In this document: one piece after another, positions 1 through 10,362 of the stretch
Layout: each line of letters opens with the position of its first letter
Numbering within the stretch: the first letter of the stretch is position 1
Origin: Vulcanimicrobiota bacterium
Lineage (GTDB): Bacteria > Vulcanimicrobiota > Vulcanimicrobiia > Eremiobacterales > Eremiobacteraceae
Direction: 5' to 3'
NCBI GenBank assembly: GCA_963812135.1
Contig: CAWETU010000005.1
Coordinates: forward strand, 256,001 to 320,000
DNA length: 64,000 bases
The notes under the pieces: generated by a model
What the model was told of the DNA's origin: nothing
The model's database searches: none
Seen by the model: the letters and a program-made list of their open reading frames with translations, nothing else
Program-made: the position numbers and the translations under genes

Positions 1-421
1 AATTGAGATTGTGACTGAGTCCACGCGCGCTCGCGTAGCGTGAGAAGGTCGCGACGTCGGATGCGCGGGTCTGGCGCAGCATGAAGCGCTTAAGCTCATC
101 ACAGCCGCGTGTCAGCGCCACCGTCGCGGAAATGTGACGCTGAAGGTATGGCTCGAGCGCGCTGTGCTGCACGCGTCCAAGCGTGGGACCCATGATCACT
201 ACGCTGAGCATGATGGCAAGGGCGGCGATCACCGAATTAGGTGGTAGCGTGGACGCCCCAAGCGACGCGCGGAGCAGACCCAGAACGACGACGATTCGTG
301 TGAACGACGTCGTCGACACTGCAAGCAACGGCACGATGCTCAAACCGAAAAGAACGATCAGCAGGTCAAGCGGGGAAGCTCCTCGCGACGCCATCGTCAT
401 CGCATGCGCGAGCTCGTTCAC
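1..421 (-). CDS. fliP: Flagellar export protein FliP (5' part, runs off window)
   Basis: Own translation from GTG 421 (GTGA overlap with fliN stop): ...LIVLFGLSIVPLLAVSTTSFTRIVVVLGLLRASLGASTLPPNSVIAALAIMLS..., which carries the FliP TSFTRIvvVL...PPN motif. Confidence 0.9.
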   Translation of the reverse strand, partial: MNELAHAMTMASRGASPLDLLIVLFGLSIVPLLAVSTTSFTRIVVVLGLLRASLGASTLPPNSVIAALAIMLSVVIMGPTLGRVQHSALEPYLQRHISATVALTRGCDELKRFMLRQTRASDVATFSRYASARGLSHNLN

Positions 422-693
422 GCGCGCTTTGCTCCCTGCGATGTCCGGCTGTGAACGCTACGAACTTCGATCGCAAGCGTGCCGTCGTCGAGCTCCACCA
501 GCTCACCCGAGGCAACCGCCACGCCGTTGACGAGCAGCTCTACCGGCGAATCCGAAGAGGCGTTGAGTGATATGACGGAGCCTTCGGTGAACGCGAGCAC
601 GTCGTCCACCGAACAGCGCGCCGCGCCGACGGCGACGGTAAGCGCGACTTCAACGTCGCCGAGGGCGGCGAGCGTAAGCGCGGCGCCGCTCAT
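418..693 (-). CDS. fliN: FliN-like flagellar switch protein (SpoA domain)
   Basis: 91 aa, DVEVALTVAVG...EGSVISLN...PVELLVNGVAVASGELVE SpoA pattern; adjacent to fliP. Confidence 0.85.
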   Translation of the reverse strand: MSGAALTLAALGDVEVALTVAVGAARCSVDDVLAFTEGSVISLNASSDSPVELLVNGVAVASGELVELDDGTLAIEVRSVHSRTSQGAKRA

Positions 694-1466
694 CGATTTG
701 CCATGTGCGCGGCATCGCCGTTCAGACGAACGGCGCGCTTGCCATCAGCGCTACCCAGAACGCCAAACGCTACCGGGCGATGATTTATCGTCACCCGCAC
801 ATCAGGTTCGACGCCTGCAGCGCTGAGGGGAAGGATGACTCCTGGTTCCAAGCCCGACATCAAGCCGAGCGTCGCGCTGAGCGGCCGCAAGACTGCCGTC
901 AGGTCCAGTGGAACCCCGCCGATCGGCGGTCGCGCGGGCTGCGGCAACGCCGCTGCAGCGCGCGTATAAAGATAAAATCGAGCCAGGTGTCCTCCCTCGT
1001 GCGAAAGTGCAGCGTCGCAACGCCACACACCGTTGCCGCACTCTTCAGGAACTGCGATTTCCCGCCACGGCGATCGCGACGCCGCGCCCAGCAACCGATC
1101 GACGCACTCACCGATTATCGTCCGCTCGACGGCTGTCGGCGCCGGTGCCCCGGGCCCATCGAGGACGAACTCGAGCAACGCGCGCTGGGCGTCCAAGGAC
1201 AGCACGCACAGCGCGTCTCCTTCGGGCCCTTCCGTCCTCCACATCCGATCGAAATGATCGAAGTCGACGCGTTCGCATCTCGTCGGGGGAGTGTACGTGA
1301 AATCGACGGCGCGGCGCAGCACGCCGCGACTTCGCACTGCAGCGGCGCGTACGACTCGTTCAAGGAACTCGGGTCCATGATCCGAGCTCGGCTCGATGGG
1401 AGGGGACGCCCTTCGCAACGCAGGGCGCCGCAGCCGGGAGTGAACATCCTGATCTGGAGGGCTCAA
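690..1466 (-). CDS. Divergent FliM-like protein with C-terminal SpoA domain
   Basis: LLEFVLDGPGAPAPTAVER resembles the FliM middle domain; C-terminal LEPGVILPL...VRVTINHRPVAFGVLGSADGKRAVRL is SpoA-like; TTG start at 1466 overlaps the upstream stop. Confidence 0.6.
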   Translation of the reverse strand: MSPPDQDVHSRLRRPALRRASPPIEPSSDHGPEFLERVVRAAAVRSRGVLRRAVDFTYTPPTRCERVDFDHFDRMWRTEGPEGDALCVLSLDAQRALLEFVLDGPGAPAPTAVERTIIGECVDRLLGAASRSPWREIAVPEECGNGVWRCDAALSHEGGHLARFYLYTRAAAALPQPARPPIGGVPLDLTAVLRPLSATLGLMSGLEPGVILPLSAAGVEPDVRVTINHRPVAFGVLGSADGKRAVRLNGDAAHMANR

Positions 1467-2209
1467 CGGACCAGGCCAAGCGCAGTTCGCACGCAAGCAT
1501 CGGACGCACCCGCGAGCGCCACATCGAGTTCGGCCTTGCGGCGAAGAATCCAGAGTCTATGCAAATCGCCTTCAAGGTTCACTGCGCCGGCCGCGACCAC
1601 GTGCGCCCGCAACGTTCCTGCGCCAGCCACCCCTGGTGAAGTCGTCTGTGGTGCTCCAGCTGCGCGGGTCGCGGTAAATCCCGCATCCCCGAATCGTTGC
1701 AACCGCTCTGGGGCTGGGAACAGCGCGATTGCCAGCCGTGCGACCGGAGTGACTGTCTCGCGACGCCGTTTTGTACGGCCTTCAAAACGAATGTCGACCG
1801 TGCTGAGCACACCGTCTTCATCAATCCTATAGGTTGGAAGTTCTCTTGATCCCTGACTTGGTACGCTGACGACAATGGGCAACGCTGCCGCTGCCCAGCC
1901 GCCAGCCGCGCGTTTGAACCCTACAACGCTTCGTCCATGGCCGTCGACCAGCTGGCCAGACGCGTCGATGCGAAAGTCGCCCAAGCGGCTGTAAATCGTT
2001 CGATCACCGTCGCGCAGTACGAAAAGCCCGGGACCGTCCACCGCGACCGCGAGAGGGGCCGTGCTTGGAGCGAAGCGGTCAGCGCCAGTCTGGGCGCCTG
2101 CGTCAACGAGCACATCGGCAGCCCGATCGGCAGCGTCGCCGGTGGCGCCCGGTGTGGCGGCCCGCCGGAGATCCGATATCACGAGGCCGACTTGATCATC
2201 GATGGTCAT
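1463..2209 (-). CDS. Divergent FlgF/FlgG/FlgE-family hook-basal body protein
   Basis: LAVAVDGPGLFVL...IYSRLGDFRIDASGQLVDGHGRSVVG matches the DxAIxGxGFF...YTRxGxFxxD motif of the family; N- and C-terminal rod motifs are degenerate. Confidence 0.75.
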   Translation of the reverse strand: MTIDDQVGLVISDLRRAATPGATGDAADRAADVLVDAGAQTGADRFAPSTAPLAVAVDGPGLFVLRDGDRTIYSRLGDFRIDASGQLVDGHGRSVVGFKRAAGGWAAAALPIVVSVPSQGSRELPTYRIDEDGVLSTVDIRFEGRTKRRRETVTPVARLAIALFPAPERLQRFGDAGFTATRAAGAPQTTSPGVAGAGTLRAHVVAAGAVNLEGDLHRLWILRRKAELDVALAGASDACVRTALGLVR

Positions 2210-2728
2210 GAGCCACCCTATCCTGGTTGAAGCGCAACGACGTGAATATTCTGCTTTCGAAGACGACGCCGCTTAGAACCACGGATCCGAAGCGCGCTGT
2301 GAAGCGAATCGGACGCGAATCAACGTGTGGCCTATGCGACCGAGGGTCGACCTGATTCCTCGGGAGGGGCCGCAGCAGACGTGGATTCTTCGCGGGGACG
2401 AGCGTTCCACGAGCGATGGGCATTCGCGTCGGTGTTTCGCGCGATCGCGTCAGGCGCAGCTGGCAATGCGTCGCAATGATTGGCTTCGTGCTCCGTTCCA
2501 ATACGGCGCGGCGTCGAAAATCGCGACGGACACATTCTTTGAATTGCTCTGATCGCTGACGTAGACCGAACGCAGCTCGCTCAGCGAGCGTGAGCGTGGG
2601 TCGAGACCTATACGCGCCGTCGAAGAGAAAACTGGCATCGAGCTCTGCCGTCGACGGCGGAAAGTACGTCGCGCTCATCAGGTGGGAGATAGTACGGGCG
2701 ACAGATGAACGGTGTGTGAACCAGACGT

Positions 2729-3787
2729 TTAGAGAATGCGCGCCTCTACTGCCTTGAACGCGGCATAGAGCTGCACTCCCGCAGCCATATCAAGCGCGGA
2801 CAGCGAGTGTGCGGTTACGCGCGCGGTGATCGGCGGCGACGATGAGAGCGTCACCCGAAACGCGCCCCGATCGGACGCGATCTCTTCCACGGGGCCACGG
2901 AAGACATTGCGCGCGGACGTATGCGGAGCGTCCGCAGACAAGGTCACCGTATCTGGATCGACCGTGAAACTGATCTCGCCCGCGTAATCGCCCTGCACGA
3001 CCACTTCGCCACCGCCGGCTAGCACGACGCTGGAGCCGTCTCCCAACGGCCTGGCCAGCCCGCGATAGAAGTTCACGCCGGCAAACGAAGCGACGTAGCC
3101 GGACGCCGGACGCTCGCGCAGTGCCGCGAGCTCGCCCGATTGCTTCACGCTTCCATCTTCTAGTACGACGAAGCGCCGGGCGAAAAGGAGCGCCTCAGCG
3201 GGTTCGTGTACGACGAGAACGGTCGCGGCGCGTGTCGCATCGATCGCCTTGCGCAGCGCGTCACGAACGAGCGGCCGCAACCTGATATCGAGTGCGCTGA
3301 GCGGTTCGTCGAGCAGCAGCACGCGCGGCGTCAGCGCGACCGCCCGCGCTAGCGCGACGCGCTGCACTTCGCCAGCGGAGAGCGTCGAAGCACGGCGTCC
3401 TGCCAAATGCGACGCGCCGACGATCTCGAGGGCGTCGAGCGCTTTCTTTCGCGCGTCGTGGGGTGCTTCACCGCCGGCCAGTAGCCCGAATTCCGCGTTA
3501 CCCAGCCCCGATAGATGTCCGAAGAGCGCTCCGCCTGCGAAGACCATTGCGACGTTGCGGCGATGTGCCGGTACGAACGTGCGGCTCGCGCTGTCGAACC
3601 ATGTCGAGCTTCCGTTCCTGATTGAACCATTGTGCGGCCGCAGCAAGCCCGCCAGGCATGCGAGCGCGGTGGTCTTGCCCGCCCCGCTCGGCCCCACGAC
3701 CGCGACAGTCTCGCCAGGTTCCACCTCGATCGAGAAGTTAAGCGCGAAGTCATCGCGGCTCGCGCTGAAGTTCGCGGATAAGCTCAT
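2729..3787 (-). CDS. modC: Molybdate ABC transporter ATP-binding protein with TOBE domain
   Basis: GPSGAGKT, LSAGEVQRVALARA, LLLDEP and C-terminal SARNVF...FKA TOBE; start at ATGA overlap with modB. Confidence 0.9.
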   Translation of the reverse strand: MSLSANFSASRDDFALNFSIEVEPGETVAVVGPSGAGKTTALACLAGLLRPHNGSIRNGSSTWFDSASRTFVPAHRRNVAMVFAGGALFGHLSGLGNAEFGLLAGGEAPHDARKKALDALEIVGASHLAGRRASTLSAGEVQRVALARAVALTPRVLLLDEPLSALDIRLRPLVRDALRKAIDATRAATVLVVHEPAEALLFARRFVVLEDGSVKQSGELAALRERPASGYVASFAGVNFYRGLARPLGDGSSVVLAGGGEVVVQGDYAGEISFTVDPDTVTLSADAPHTSARNVFRGPVEEIASDRGAFRVTLSSSPPITARVTAHSLSALDMAAGVQLYAAFKAVEARIL

Positions 3788-4605
3788 CTCGACACGCGCG
3801 CCTGAAGCCAGCGCGAGACACCGAGCACCACGAACGAGACGACCAGCAGAATCAGCGCGATCGCGACGGCGGTATCGAGATCGCCTTGACCTTCGATATA
3901 CACCGCGATCGGCATCGTCTGCGTTACACCGGGCAGATTGCCCGCAAACGTGATCGTCGCGCCGAATTCGCCGAGCGCGCGTGCCCACGCCAACGCAAGC
4001 GCCGCTCCCAATGCCGGCAGCGCCGGCGGAATGATGACGCGAAGTGCCGTGTACGTGAACGAAGCGCGCAACGTGGCAGCGGCATCGATGAGCTGCGGAT
4101 CGGTCCGCTCGAACGCGTTCTTCGCCGCGACGACGAACAACGGCGCGGCCACGAGCGTCTGCGCCATCACGACGGCGAGCAACGTGAAGGGGATGTGGAT
4201 GCCGGCGACCCCCAACGCGTGGCCCAGCAAGCCTCGTCGACCAAAGGCGAGTAGCAGCGCAAGACCTGCCACGACCGGTGGCAAGACCACCGGCAGCGTG
4301 ACGAACGCCTCGAGCCATTCGCGACCGGGAAAGCGGCGCGTGAGCAGCAGCGCGAGCGGCGTGCCCATGATGACGATCGCGATGGCGCTCGCGAACGTGC
4401 TTTCCATCGAGACGACGAGCGCTTCCCGCACGAGTTCCCGATGCGGCTGATCGAGCTGCCAGATCGCAGCCGGATTGTGGACGACGAGCGCAAAGAGCGC
4501 GACCGCGATGAGCGCCAGCAGCAACGCGCCGAACGCGGCTGAGAGCGCGCTGATGGAACTGTCTCGCAGGACGCTGCGCGAGCGGTTACTTGCTGCCGAA
4601 GCCAT
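3784..4605 (-). CDS. modB: Molybdate ABC transporter permease
   Basis: LPVVLPPVVAGLALL, ARALGEFGATITFAGNLPGVTQTMP ModB signatures. Confidence 0.95.
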   Translation of the reverse strand: MASAASNRSRSVLRDSSISALSAAFGALLLALIAVALFALVVHNPAAIWQLDQPHRELVREALVVSMESTFASAIAIVIMGTPLALLLTRRFPGREWLEAFVTLPVVLPPVVAGLALLLAFGRRGLLGHALGVAGIHIPFTLLAVVMAQTLVAAPLFVVAAKNAFERTDPQLIDAAATLRASFTYTALRVIIPPALPALGAALALAWARALGEFGATITFAGNLPGVTQTMPIAVYIEGQGDLDTAVAIALILLVVSFVVLGVSRWLQARVSR

Positions 4606-5365
4606 GTGCGTGAAGCACGTTCTGCCCCTCGGGCGACAAAACGAACTCCACGAAGCTCTGGGCGAGCGCTGCGTTCGTGCTGCCCTTCACAGCCGCGATC
4701 GGATAGGTGGCGATCTCCTGATCCTCATCGGGAACCGGCACGCTGACGAGTTTCACGCCGCCCTTGAGGATGGCGTCGGTCGCGTAGACGAAACCCGCAT
4801 CGGCATCCCCGACCACGACTTTTTGCACGACCCCCTCGACGTTCTGCTCTTGCGTCGCGACGTTGTGGAGCACTTGATCGCCGTAGTTTTGCCAGAACTT
4901 CGGATCGGCGCTCATCTTCTGGAGGGCGATTCGCGTGTAGCGGCCGCACGGCACGGCTTCGGCGCAGATCGCGAGCTTGAGGCCCTCGCGCGTCAGGTCG
5001 CGCAGCGAGCGCAGGTTTTCATCGAACTGCGACACCATCACCAGGCTATTGCGTGCGAAATCAGCCGGTGTGTCCACGAGACTCGCCGTGCGCGCTTTAT
5101 CCATCGAGCGCTCGTCCGCGCTGGCGAAGACATCCGCCGGAGCGCCATTGGCGATCTGCGTCTCAAGTATCTGGCTGCCGTCGAAATTCAGTTTGACGCT
5201 CACGCCGGGATGCGCCGCTTCGAAGGCTGCACCCATATCGGCGAACGCGTTGTGCAGCGAGGCGGCTGCGAACACGGTCAGCGTTTGCGGCGTTGCCGGC
5301 CGTGCCGGGACAGCGGCCGACATCAGCGTCGCAGCAATCGCCGTGACGGCGAGCAGTCTGATCAT
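4586..5365 (-). CDS. modA: Molybdate ABC transporter substrate-binding protein
   Basis: Signal peptide from ATG 5365; LTVFAAASL, GAPADVFASAD, VPCGRY, DAGFVYATD. Confidence 0.95.
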   Translation of the reverse strand: MIRLLAVTAIAATLMSAAVPARPATPQTLTVFAAASLHNAFADMGAAFEAAHPGVSVKLNFDGSQILETQIANGAPADVFASADERSMDKARTASLVDTPADFARNSLVMVSQFDENLRSLRDLTREGLKLAICAEAVPCGRYTRIALQKMSADPKFWQNYGDQVLHNVATQEQNVEGVVQKVVVGDADAGFVYATDAILKGGVKLVSVPVPDEDQEIATYPIAAVKGSTNAALAQSFVEFVLSPEGQNVLHAHGFGSK

Positions 5366-5417
5366 CGGGCTTGGTTCGCCCGAGGCGCCCTCTCGGCGTT
5401 GTGCACCGTGCACAATA

Positions 5418-5440
5418 GGTCGAATAAATTCGACCGCTAC
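5418..5440 (-). repeat. GTAG-type REP-like palindrome, copy 1
   Basis: Minus strand GTAGCGGTCGAATTTATTCGACC; near-identical copies at 17213, 23786, 52601, 63938 and 63973. Confidence 0.9.
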
Positions 5441-5444
5441 TTTG

Positions 5445-6968
5445 CTAGCGCGGGTTGTAGCGGACTTCGACCGTGCGCAGCTCTTCCTCGATGTCGGGCG
5501 TCTGCGGCGTGACCGGTTCGCAGCGATACATGCGCGCGATGATATCCGATGGGTTCTTCGTATCGTTGGGGTCGTGCTTTTGGATGGCGTAGACGACTGC
5601 GATCCCCTTGACGACGCGCCCGAATGTCGTGAAATACTCGTCGAGATGCAGCTGCGGCGACTCCGTGATGTAATACTGGCTGCCGCCGGAATCGAAGATA
5701 GGCGATGAACCTTTGTAATCCAGGCCCAATGAGAGCATGCCGGTGAGCTGCTCGATCGGATTGACCTCGTCAGGCACGTTGAAACCCGGGCCGCCGCTCC
5801 CGGTGGTCTTGCCCGCATCTGGGTTGCCGCCTTGAATCACGAAGTTCGGGATGACGCGGTCGAGCAGCGAGTTGTTGTAAAAGCCGCTGTCGACCAGACG
5901 CACGAACGCGTCGACGTGATACGGCGCCGCATCCGGGAACAGCTCGACCACGATCACGCCCTTGTTCGCGACGATCGCCACTTGCGGATGGTCGCCGATC
6001 GGTGCGTTCGACGGCAGTGCCTTCGGTTCAACCTGATCTTCTTTGGGCACCGCCGGTGGTCGCGTGTCGACCGGCGTCAGGTCGCCCATCGTAGTGAGCA
6101 CGTTGCTCACCTCGACGCGCACGCGCCACGACGGATCCTTGGCGAGCAGCCGCACTGCGGTGACGAACGTCTTGTCTTTCAGCCGGCCGATCGCTTTGAC
6201 GCCATACATGCGCACCAGCTCTTGCTGATCGGCGAGCATGGTGCGCAGCAATCCCGGATTGGTGTCGAAGTAGCTGCGATAGATCGCCCAGGCCATGCGC
6301 CAGCGGGTCTCAGGGTCGCGTTCGACGGTGAACGCGTTGTCGAGCAGCTTGCCGGTGGTGGCTTTGAGCGGTTGCGAGATCTGCGGCTTGGATGCGAAGC
6401 CGGATTCACCAAGACCGATCGCAGCCTTGCCGCGCACGAACGCGTCGCGGTTCGAGAGCAACGATGACAACGTCTCCACGGCGGCCGAGCCGCCGATGCG
6501 TCCAAGCGAATCGGCAGCCGAGCCCGCGACTGCAGGCGGCGCGTGCAACGCGGCCGAGCGCAACGCCGGTAGCGCATCTGCCGACGCGATCACGCCAAGC
6601 GCGAATGCCGCAGCGGCGCGAACATCGTCAGAATAGGGCGGCGATAAAAGCGGAGTAAGAATCGCGACGCCTGCCGGCTTGCGCAACCGGCCAATGGCGA
6701 TCGCCGCGCGTGCGACCACGGCCGGGTCGCTCGATTTGAGGAATGGTTCGAGCTGGCTTGGTGTCGTCGTCCGGTTGCGCTCGAGCTTGCCGATCTGACC
6801 AAAGGGTGAGGTGTCGGGCAGGCTCGGCGTCGGTGCGGCCATGCCGCGGGTCGGCACGGGATGCGGCGATCCGCTCGGCGATGGCGCTGGCGATGGCGAT
6901 GGCGAGGCTGCGATCAGCGCGGCCACCGCGAGCGCCGCGGTTGCCAAAAACGAAAAACCCCTGCTCAT
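5445..6968 (-). CDS. Secreted HEAT-repeat protein with C-terminal cyclophilin-type PPIase domain
   Basis: Signal peptide and SPSP linker; HEAT repeats (VRAAAAFALG, VRGKAAIGLG, DPSWRVRVE); cyclophilin motifs RVIPNFVIQGG, GGSQYYIT, HLD..FTTFGRV. Start is uncertain (ATG 6968 or a nearby TTG). Confidence 0.85.
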   Translation of the reverse strand: MSRGFSFLATAALAVAALIAASPSPSPAPSPSGSPHPVPTRGMAAPTPSLPDTSPFGQIGKLERNRTTTPSQLEPFLKSSDPAVVARAAIAIGRLRKPAGVAILTPLLSPPYSDDVRAAAAFALGVIASADALPALRSAALHAPPAVAGSAADSLGRIGGSAAVETLSSLLSNRDAFVRGKAAIGLGESGFASKPQISQPLKATTGKLLDNAFTVERDPETRWRMAWAIYRSYFDTNPGLLRTMLADQQELVRMYGVKAIGRLKDKTFVTAVRLLAKDPSWRVRVEVSNVLTTMGDLTPVDTRPPAVPKEDQVEPKALPSNAPIGDHPQVAIVANKGVIVVELFPDAAPYHVDAFVRLVDSGFYNNSLLDRVIPNFVIQGGNPDAGKTTGSGGPGFNVPDEVNPIEQLTGMLSLGLDYKGSSPIFDSGGSQYYITESPQLHLDEYFTTFGRVVKGIAVVYAIQKHDPNDTKNPSDIIARMYRCEPVTPQTPDIEEELRTVEVRYNPR

Positions 6969-6982
6969 AGAGCGGGGGGTTT
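6946..6982 (-). terminator. Probable intrinsic terminator after rpoD
   Basis: Minus strand AAACCCC-c-c-GCTC-tat-GAGC-a-GGGGTTT followed by TTCGTTTTT; overlaps the putative start of the next gene. Confidence 0.6.
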
Positions 6983-7032
6983 GCCGTGTCGGCGAGGCGG
7001 GCCTTTCCGCCGCTGTTTGGCGCACTGGCCGG

Positions 7033-8301
7033 TCACTCGGTCTGCCAGTAGTCCTTGAGCGCCTTACCGCGGCTCGGGTGGCGCAGCTTGCGCAGCGCTT
7101 TCGCCTCGATCTGGCGGATGCGCTCGCGTGTCACGCCGAACTCCTGGCCCACTTCCTCGAGCGTGCGCTGGTGACCGTCTTCGAGCCCGAAACGCAGCAC
7201 GAGGACCTTGCGCTCGCGCTCGGTCAGGTTCTGCAGCACGTCGCCCATCTTTTGTTTGAGCATCGTCACCGAGGCGGCTTCCGCGGGCGCCACCGCGTCC
7301 GGGTCCTCGATGAAGTCGCCCAAGTGGCTGTCTTCCTCTTCGCCGATCGGCGTTTCGAGCGAGATCGGTTCTTGCGCGATCTTCATGACCTCGCGCACCT
7401 TGTCGGGCGTCAGCTCCATCTCTTTAGCGATCTCTTCGACCGACGGATCGCGCCCGAGCTGCTGCAGCAGCTGGCGTGAGATCTTCACCAAACGGTTGAT
7501 GGTCTCGACCATGTGCACGGGGATGCGGATGGTGCGCGCTTGATCCGCGAGCGCGCGCGTGATCGCTTGCCGGATCCACCATGTCGCGTAGGTCGAGAAT
7601 TTGTAGCCTTTTTTGTAGTCGAATTTCTCGACGGCGCGGATCAGGCCGAGATTACCTTCTTGGATCAGGTCCAAGAACAGCATGCCGCGACCGACATATT
7701 TCTTCGCGATGCTCACCACGAGCCGCAGATTGGCTTCGGTCAGATCGCGTTTCGCGAGATCGCCTTCGTCGGTGATTTGCTGCACCGGCGGCTGGCCCGA
7801 GACGCGCGCGCGTTCGCGCTCCTCTTCACCGCGCTCGATCTTCTTGGCGAGATCCTGTTCTTGCGCCATCCCAAGCAACGGCACGCGGCCGATCTCTTTG
7901 AGGTACATGCGCACGGGGTCGTCGAGCGCGATGCCGGGCGGCACGGGGATCTCTGCTTCGACTTCCGGCTCGGGGGCGGCCGCGGCTTCGGCCGGTTCGG
8001 CGTCTTCTTCGATCGCGACCAGATCGGGCATCTCGGTGATCTCGATGCCCTGGCCCATGATCTCTTCGACTAGCTCGTTGCCTTTTTCGGGATCGTCCTC
8101 GTCGTAGGCCGACGAGATGGCGGCGATCTCTTCATAGGTCAGGAAGCCCTGCGTCTTGCCGCGCGCGATGAGCGCCTTGACGGCGGTCTCGCGGGGGACG
8201 AGCGGCGGGGCGACTTGACCGTTCGCGGGCGCGCCGGCGGGCGCGTCCGTCGTCGCGACGGGCGCCTCGGGGTTCGTTTTCGGTTTCTTTGCGGAACTCA
8301 C
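7033..8301 (-). CDS. rpoD: Primary sigma factor RpoD/SigA
   Basis: [63 protein letters not shown] start 8301 follows dnaG. Confidence 0.98.
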   Translation of the reverse strand: MSSAKKPKTNPEAPVATTDAPAGAPANGQVAPPLVPRETAVKALIARGKTQGFLTYEEIAAISSAYDEDDPEKGNELVEEIMGQGIEITEMPDLVAIEEDAEPAEAAAAPEPEVEAEIPVPPGIALDDPVRMYLKEIGRVPLLGMAQEQDLAKKIERGEEERERARVSGQPPVQQITDEGDLAKRDLTEANLRLVVSIAKKYVGRGMLFLDLIQEGNLGLIRAVEKFDYKKGYKFSTYATWWIRQAITRALADQARTIRIPVHMVETINRLVKISRQLLQQLGRDPSVEEIAKEMELTPDKVREVMKIAQEPISLETPIGEEEDSHLGDFIEDPDAVAPAEAASVTMLKQKMGDVLQNLTERERKVLVLRFGLEDGHQRTLEEVGQEFGVTRERIRQIEAKALRKLRHPSRGKALKDYWQTE

Positions 8302-8311
8302 GCTTGAGAGA

Positions 8312-10085
8312 CTAGTCCTCGTTTCTTTGCTGTTCGGCAGCCGGTCCATACAACGACGCCCGCAGCGCGTTGGATTCGTCGCGCAGGCGTTCCGGAATCG
8401 CACCGTCGGATGTGAAGAGCCTGTTGATTTCTTCGTCGATAAACGAAAGCCTCCGCTCTTCGCGGCGGCGCTCAAAGCGCGCTGCGATAAGCGCTAGCCT
8501 GCGTTCGTCGTCTTCGTGCGGGAGCGGCGGCGAATCAAGGGCCATGCGCGTCAGCTGCGCCACCATCGCATCGTCCGCGAAGATCGTGAGCGGATTCACA
8601 CCGCGCTTGAGATCTTGCTCGTGCTGGGCCAGCCGCTCGAACACCGAACGCAGCTCCGGGTCTTCAAAGTCGTCCGCGCTGATGCGCTCGAGCGCCGCGG
8701 AAAGCAGCTCGGGTCGCGCTAGGATGAGCTGGAGCACGTCGCGCTCGGTCGACACAGGTTGCGTGATCGCGGGGGCGCGCCGGATCGGCGGGCCGTCTTG
8801 CGGGCGCGGGCGTTGTTGCGTCGGCGGCTGCGCCCGCGTCTGGCGCAAGGCATTTTCGCTGACGTCGAGACGGCGCGCCATCGCTTTGACGTATTGATCC
8901 CGCTCGATCGGGTCGCGCACTTGGTTGATGACGGTCATGGCTTCGCGCGCGATATCGCTCTTGGTCGCGAATTTCGACGCGATGCGCTTGTACGCCAGGT
9001 CGATCTTGAAGTCCACCCAGCGCTGTGCGCTCGCGAGCAGCAGTCCGAATGCTTCGGCTCCTTGTTCTAGGATGAGCTCGTCCGGATCGACGCCGCCCGG
9101 CAAGGCGACGATGCTCACCGCAAGCCCCTCTTCGACCAACATGTCGATGCTGCGCGCCGTGGCGGCCTGGCCGGCGGCGTCGCCGTCGAAGCAGAGGTAG
9201 AGTTTGTTGGCGACTCGCCGTAGCTCGCGCGCTTGTTCTGGCGTGAATGCGGTGCCGAGGCTTGCGACTGCGTTCTTGAAGCCGGCTTGATGCAACGCGA
9301 TCGCGTCGAGGTAGCCTTCGACCACGACGAGCGTGTCGTCTGCGCCCGCCGCGCGGCGCGCCAAGTGCAACGCGTAAACGTGCGAGCCTTTGGTATACGC
9401 CGCGGTGTTGGGCGTGTTGAGGTACTTGGGCGTTTCGTCGCCGAGCGCGCGCCCGCCGAACGCCATGACCTCGCCGGTAAGATTGTAGATCGGCAGCATG
9501 AGCCGGTGCCGGAAGAAATCGTAGTAGCCGGTCTTTTGGCGCAGCAGTCCGGCGCGCTCTGCCAGCGGTACGTCGATGCCGGCGCGCTGCAGCGCCTTGG
9601 TCAGTCCCTTCCCACCCTTCGGGTGCGTAGCCGAGGCCGAACAGCGCGGCGGTCTCGTCAGTGATCCCGCGTTTATGAACGTAGTCGAGCGCCTTGCGAT
9701 CGTGGCGCAAGGAGTCGGCGAAGAAACGCTGCGCGGCGGCGTTTGCTTCATAGATCGCCTCGCGCTCGCTGCGGCGCCGCTGCGCGCCTGGCGTCTCCTG
9801 GAGCACGACGCCCGCGCGCGCCGCGAGCATGCGCAGTGCAGTCGGAAAGTCGACATTCTCGTAGCGCTCGACGAACTTGATGAGATCGCCGCCTGCGTCG
9901 CAGCCGTGGCAGTGCCAGACCTGCTTCTCCGCGTTCAGATAGAACGACGGCGTCTTCTCGGCGTGGAACGGACACAGTCCGACGTACTCGCGACCCTGAC
10001 GTTTGAGCGTGACGTACTGACTGACATACGCAAGCAGGTCCGACTTTGCTTGGACTTCAGCCACAACTCCGGCATCAAATGGCAT
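8312..10085 (-). CDS. dnaG: DNA primase (apparent 1-nt frameshift near 9607)
   Basis: [11 protein letters not shown]...HCHGC zinc finger in one frame; [32 protein letters not shown] in another. Removing one G in GAA GGG A joins them. Confidence 0.95.
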
Positions 10086-10140
10086 CGGGCAGCTGTTCTT
10101 GTTTTACAGGCCGCGCCCCGTTTCGCCGCTCGGGAACCTC

Positions 10141-10362
10141 TTAGCCGCCGCCAAGGAACCCGCAGTCAGTCGGTGCGGTGTCGTACGCCAATACCAGGTG
10201 GCCGCAGACCCAGACCTGTACGAGCAGGTGGCAGGTTCCCCATTGGTCGTGCTCAACCGTCTCCGTAACGTTCGCGTTCATGATGTTACACGACGCGAAA
10301 GCGACCCCGGTGCTGAGGAGGAACGCCGCCGGCAGGGCGACGACGAGTTTCTTAAGATCCAT
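10141..10362 (-). CDS. Small secreted Cys-rich protein (73 aa)
   Basis: GAGGAG SD; signal peptide MDLKKLVVALPAAFLLSTGVAFA; 50-aa mature part with 4 Cys. Confidence 0.7.
   Translation of the reverse strand: MDLKKLVVALPAAFLLSTGVAFASCNIMNANVTETVEHDQWGTCHLLVQVWVCGHLVLAYDTAPTDCGFLGGG

Noticed and set aside
2196..2678. 160-aa ORF upstream of the flagellar genes; possible c-di-GMP riboswitch in the same region
   Set aside because: Arg/Pro-rich sequence with no recognisable motif, and no riboswitch consensus seen by eye; left unassigned.
5457..5473. GTAGCGGACTTCGACCG resembling an inverted, deleted REP partner
   Set aside because: Within the cyclophilin coding end, lacks half the stem, and could be chance.
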